Shown one piece after another: positions 60,868 to 64,000 of a stretch of 64,000 nucleotides of DNA. The position numbers and the translations under genes were made by a program. This DNA is from an uncultured Nitrososphaerota archaeon. Lineage in GTDB: Archaea; Thermoproteota; Nitrososphaeria; Nitrososphaerales; Gagatemarchaeaceae. The notes below the pieces were generated by a model. That model saw nothing but the letters and a program-made list of their open reading frames with translations, was not told the origin of the DNA and made no database searches. The stretch lies in the NCBI GenBank assembly GCA_963718895.1, contig CAVRAG010000008.1:384001-448000 (forward strand). The letters run 5' to 3'. How positions within the stretch are numbered: the first letter of the stretch is position 1; each line of letters starts with the position of its first letter.

Positions 60868-61793
60868 AGCCGGATGAGAAGCAGCCCCAGAAGGAACGCC
60901 CCGAGGGGGACCGCCACCCACATGACGATCGACTCAGCGGCCAGCCTTGTGTTGATCGCCGACGTTTGTTTTGTGAAGGCAGCGCCGAACATCCCACCAA
61001 GGAGGCACTGGCTGATAGATATCGGAATGGCGAACTGCGTGCCCACCCAGATGAGGACGGCGCTGCTCAGGAAGGTCGCCACCACGCCGAACGGGCTCAG
61101 CCCTAGGAGCCGGTCGCCGATCGTCCCCGAGATGGCACCCCTGCCCAGCGCCACCATTCCCGCCACGGCGACGACCACGAGGAGCAGCAGGAGGCCCTCG
61201 GAGGCAGGGGCGCCGTTGAGCGCCATGCCATAGATCAGCCCGACGTTGTTCGCGCCCAGAACGTATGCAATGATCAGGGACGTGACTATCACGCCGTATC
61301 TGCTCGCACCGTCGACCGCCAGAAGACTCAGTCCCGAGGTCGATCTCACGATTATCCTGTAGAAGAGGAATGCCAGGGCCGCCGCGAGGAGAGGCGAGAT
61401 GAACCAGAAGGCCGCTATGCCCTCGAGCCGAGGGCCGTTGAGGGGAAGGGATGAGCCGTAGGCCGCTCCCGCAAAGGCCCCGACGATAGCCATGCTGAAG
61501 GAGACAGGAAGCTTCGCGGTCGAAAGCACAAAGGTCATCAAGAGCGAGACGACTAGCGCCACCACGACGACCTGGTCCCCGGCGGTGGGCGTGACGCTTC
61601 CGCTCAGGCTCCTAAGCATCTGAGACCCTTCGAGCACGACCCCGAGAAGGAGCCCAGCCGAGGAGACGATCAGCGCCTCTCGGAGCGTCAGGGAGCCAGA
61701 ACCCTCGCCGCTGCCTATCAGGAAGGAGCTGTTGTTCCAGCCGAAGACGAAGGCAAGGAGGACCCCCAGGGCGAGGACGAGGTCGCTAGCCAT
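60864..61793 (-). CDS. Inorganic phosphate transporter (PiT family)
   Basis: GWNN and GANN signature motifs, PVS and PIS motifs. Confidence 0.88.
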   Translation of the reverse strand: MASDLVLALGVLLAFVFGWNNSSFLIGSGEGSGSLTLREALIVSSAGLLLGVVLEGSQMLRSLSGSVTPTAGDQVVVVALVVSLLMTFVLSTAKLPVSFSMAIVGAFAGAAYGSSLPLNGPRLEGIAAFWFISPLLAAALAFLFYRIIVRSTSGLSLLAVDGASRYGVIVTSLIIAYVLGANNVGLIYGMALNGAPASEGLLLLLVVVAVAGMVALGRGAISGTIGDRLLGLSPFGVVATFLSSAVLIWVGTQFAIPISISQCLLGGMFGAAFTKQTSAINTRLAAESIVMWVAVPLGAFLLGLLLIRL

Positions 61794-62460
61794 AGCCTTT
61801 CGCGACCAAGACCAAGACGACGTCGCTGGCCCTCTCGGAGTTGTCGGCGATCTGATCTGAGGTGAAGATGAAATCGCGCAGCTCGATGATGGAGACCGGG
61901 TCCATCGTCCAAGGCTTGCTGAACAGCCGCCTCAAGAGGTTGTCCTTCTCGGTGTCGGCAGCCTCCTCGTAGTCCTCGATCACGCGCACCTTCGAGAGGA
62001 CCTCCTTCTTGTTGACCTGAAGTGCGTGGATGAGCGTCTCGAGTGAGGTCACGGCGGACAGGAGGTTCTGTTGGAAGCTCATCATGTGCTCGCTCTTGAG
62101 CAGACTCAGGTATCCCGAATCAGCCTCCGCTCCTATGATCAGCAGCCTCGCTGCATCCTTGGCGCTTACGGCTATGCGGTCGTCCGTCTGGATGAGCGTG
62201 ATGATGTCCTCGCGCACGCCCCCGAAGAAGGCGCCCTCCGCGATCTTCGCGCTGAGGTCCCTCCGAATCTCTTTGGCCTTCGCCTCCAGCTGGAGCACCT
62301 CCTCGAAGAGCTGCTGGGCGGACGGGTCCTCCACAGCGCATGCTGAGACGAGCTTCTGGTAGGTCATGACGCACTGCTTCACCACGGAGAGATGTTGCTC
62401 CAGGCCCTCGATTATCGACCTCTCCCTGCCACCCAGAGAAAAAGAGGGGAACCGCACCAA
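61786..62460 (-). CDS. DUF47/PhoU-like phosphate transport regulator
   Basis: EEAAD helical repeats; adjacent to PiT. Confidence 0.85.
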   Translation of the reverse strand: MVRFPSFSLGGRERSIIEGLEQHLSVVKQCVMTYQKLVSACAVEDPSAQQLFEEVLQLEAKAKEIRRDLSAKIAEGAFFGGVREDIITLIQTDDRIAVSAKDAARLLIIGAEADSGYLSLLKSEHMMSFQQNLLSAVTSLETLIHALQVNKKEVLSKVRVIEDYEEAADTEKDNLLRRLFSKPWTMDPVSIIELRDFIFTSDQIADNSERASDVVLVLVAKGYG

Positions 62461-62487
62461 GGATGATGATTTGCGGAGTCAGGGTAA

Positions 62488-63306
62488 TTAAGTCTGGCTC
62501 GCGGAGTGGGCTCTGGTCGCCGCCTTGAGCGACCGGACATACTCTTCAATCTCCTTCAGCATCTCAGCCTGCGGTTTTCCGGAGGCGACCCTGTTCACTA
62601 TGCTGCTCCCGACTATCACCGCGTCCGCCCCCGCACCTAGGACGGCCCTGACGTGCTCCGGCCTCGAGATGCCGAAACCCACACCCAATGGAACCTTCCC
62701 GCGGGTCAGCCGCTTCGTCGACCGGACCAGCTTCAGGGTATCGGCGTCGAGCTGGGACCGCGCGCCCGTGACTCCCAGAAGGGAGACGAGATAGAGGAAC
62801 CCCGTCGAGTGCATCACCAGTGACTTCATCCGGTCTGGAGAAGTCGTCGGCGCGGCTAGAAGGATGGTATCGAGCCGGTGTCTCCTGGCGATTCTGGAGT
62901 ACTCGGCGGTCTCGTCGAGGGGCAGGTCCGGTATGATCAGGCCGTCGACGCCAGCCTCGCTCGCGTCGGCCAAGAACCGGTCCAAACCCGGCGAGTACAG
63001 GATGTTGTAGTAGGTCATTATGGCGATCGGGATGTCGCGCCCCTTCTTGATCTTCGCGACCAGTCGAAGGACGTCCGCCGGCCTCGTCCCCGACGCCAGC
63101 GCCCTCACGGCGGCTTCCTGGATCGACTTGCCGTCGGCGATTGGGTCGGAGAAGGGTATCCCGAGCTCGATGATGTCAGCGCCCCCTGCAGCCAGGGCCT
63201 CGACCACCTTCTCGGTGGTCTCGATGTCGGGGTCTCCTCCCATCACGTAAGCTATGAGCGCCCCCTCGTCCTTCAGAGACCGGAAGACCCTCGAGATGTT
63301 GCTCAA
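62488..63306 (-). CDS. trpA: Tryptophan synthase alpha chain
   Basis: [22 protein letters not shown] and GFGIS; TTG start 63306 overlaps the trpB stop. Confidence 0.95.
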   Translation of the reverse strand: MSNISRVFRSLKDEGALIAYVMGGDPDIETTEKVVEALAAGGADIIELGIPFSDPIADGKSIQEAAVRALASGTRPADVLRLVAKIKKGRDIPIAIMTYYNILYSPGLDRFLADASEAGVDGLIIPDLPLDETAEYSRIARRHRLDTILLAAPTTSPDRMKSLVMHSTGFLYLVSLLGVTGARSQLDADTLKLVRSTKRLTRGKVPLGVGFGISRPEHVRAVLGAGADAVIVGSSIVNRVASGKPQAEMLKEIEEYVRSLKAATRAHSASQT

Positions 63307-64000
63307 AGCTCGAGACCCGCCCTCTTCGCTATGATCTGGACATCCTTGTCGCCTCGTCCCGAGAGTGTTATCACGACCGACTCGTCCTTCTTCATCCTCC
63401 CGGCGAGCTTGAGGGCGTAGGCTACGGCGTGCGCGGACTCGAGAGCAGGGATGATTCCTTCCTCCTCTCGAGACGAGGTGGAAGGCCCTGACAGCCTCCT
63501 CGTCCGCGACGGAGATGTACGTCGCCCTTCCGGTGTCCTTGAGGGACGAGTGCTCTGGTCCCACTCCGGGATAGTCAAGGCCTGCAGAGATGCTCTCGGT
63601 GGGCAGGACCTGGCCGTCACCGTCCTGCAGGAGGTAGGTGAGCATCCCGTGAAGAACCCCCGGCCGTCCTTCGACCAGGGTGGCCGCGCTCCTGCCCCTT
63701 CCGGTCCCTCCTGCCTCGACACCGTAGAGCTTCACCGACCCGTCCCGGGCGAAAGGATGGAAGCTGCCCATTGCATTGCTGCCGCCGCCGACGCACGCCA
63801 CGATCGCGTCCGGCAACCTTCCCTCCTTGCTCCTCATCTGACGTTTGACCTCTCGTCCGATCACGCTCTGAAAGTCTCTGACCATGACCGGATACGGATG
63901 CGGCCCCACCACTGAGCCTATGATGTAGTAGGTCTCCTCGAGGTTCGTGACCCAGTCCCTGAGCGCCTCGTTTATCGCGTCTTTGAGGGTCCTGGACCCG
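63303..64000 (-). CDS. trpB: Tryptophan synthase beta chain (partial, frameshift near 63465)
   Basis: [30 protein letters not shown] and LSGRGDKD. Confidence 0.95.

Noticed and set aside
62488-63912. Apparent TrpB-TrpA fusion (474-aa ORF)
   Set aside because: The real TrpB C-terminus (ALESAHA...LSGRGDKD) is in another frame ending at 63303; the fusion comes from an indel near 63465.
4627-64000. About 20 split genes as pseudogenes or programmed frameshifts
   Set aside because: Indels are scattered over essential genes (lysC, aroD/E/K, trpB), with intact motifs on both sides and no consistent slippery sites; long-read consensus error is the simpler explanation.
1-64000. CRISPR array or cas genes
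   Set aside because: No regularly spaced repeats or cas motifs seen; the TTGACAGAACC motif is better explained as a TIR.

Overview
High-GC archaeal DNA. Archaeal-type ADH synthase/DHQ synthase II, GHMP shikimate kinase, TATA boxes and many leaderless TTG starts point this way; a heterotrophic Nitrososphaerota-like lineage is my inference. About 20 genes, many essential, carry isolated indels, most simply read as long-read consensus errors rather than pseudogenes. Content in order: a sugar/sugar-acid catabolic island (1-13 kb), an aconitase with a 523-aa LAGLIDADG intein, cysteine/cystathionine genes, an ABC-2 exporter, tRNA-Leu(TAG) with a 2.6-kb integrase-less islet encoding a G1 glutamic peptidase, peptidases, a Mo-oxidoreductase, a surface-modification cluster (31-38.6 kb), ppdK, pyrBIC, SDRs, an 11-gene lysC-asd-aro-tyrA superoperon, PiT/DUF47 and trpBA. 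Top findings: (1) two small elements (1683-1939, 48174-48641) with IS6-like terminal inverted repeats and perfect 8-bp target-site duplications that carry tnpB remnants and a covarying omega-RNA-like scaffold, both inserted just upstream of TATA boxes; (2) an intein at the Fe-S-ligand Cys of aconitase, creating a C-3/C1 CxxC; (3) a candidate Phe/Tyr-rich leader peptide before the aro operon; (4) a tRNA-integrated islet with core and arm-like repeats. All similarity calls are from motif recognition, not database searches.
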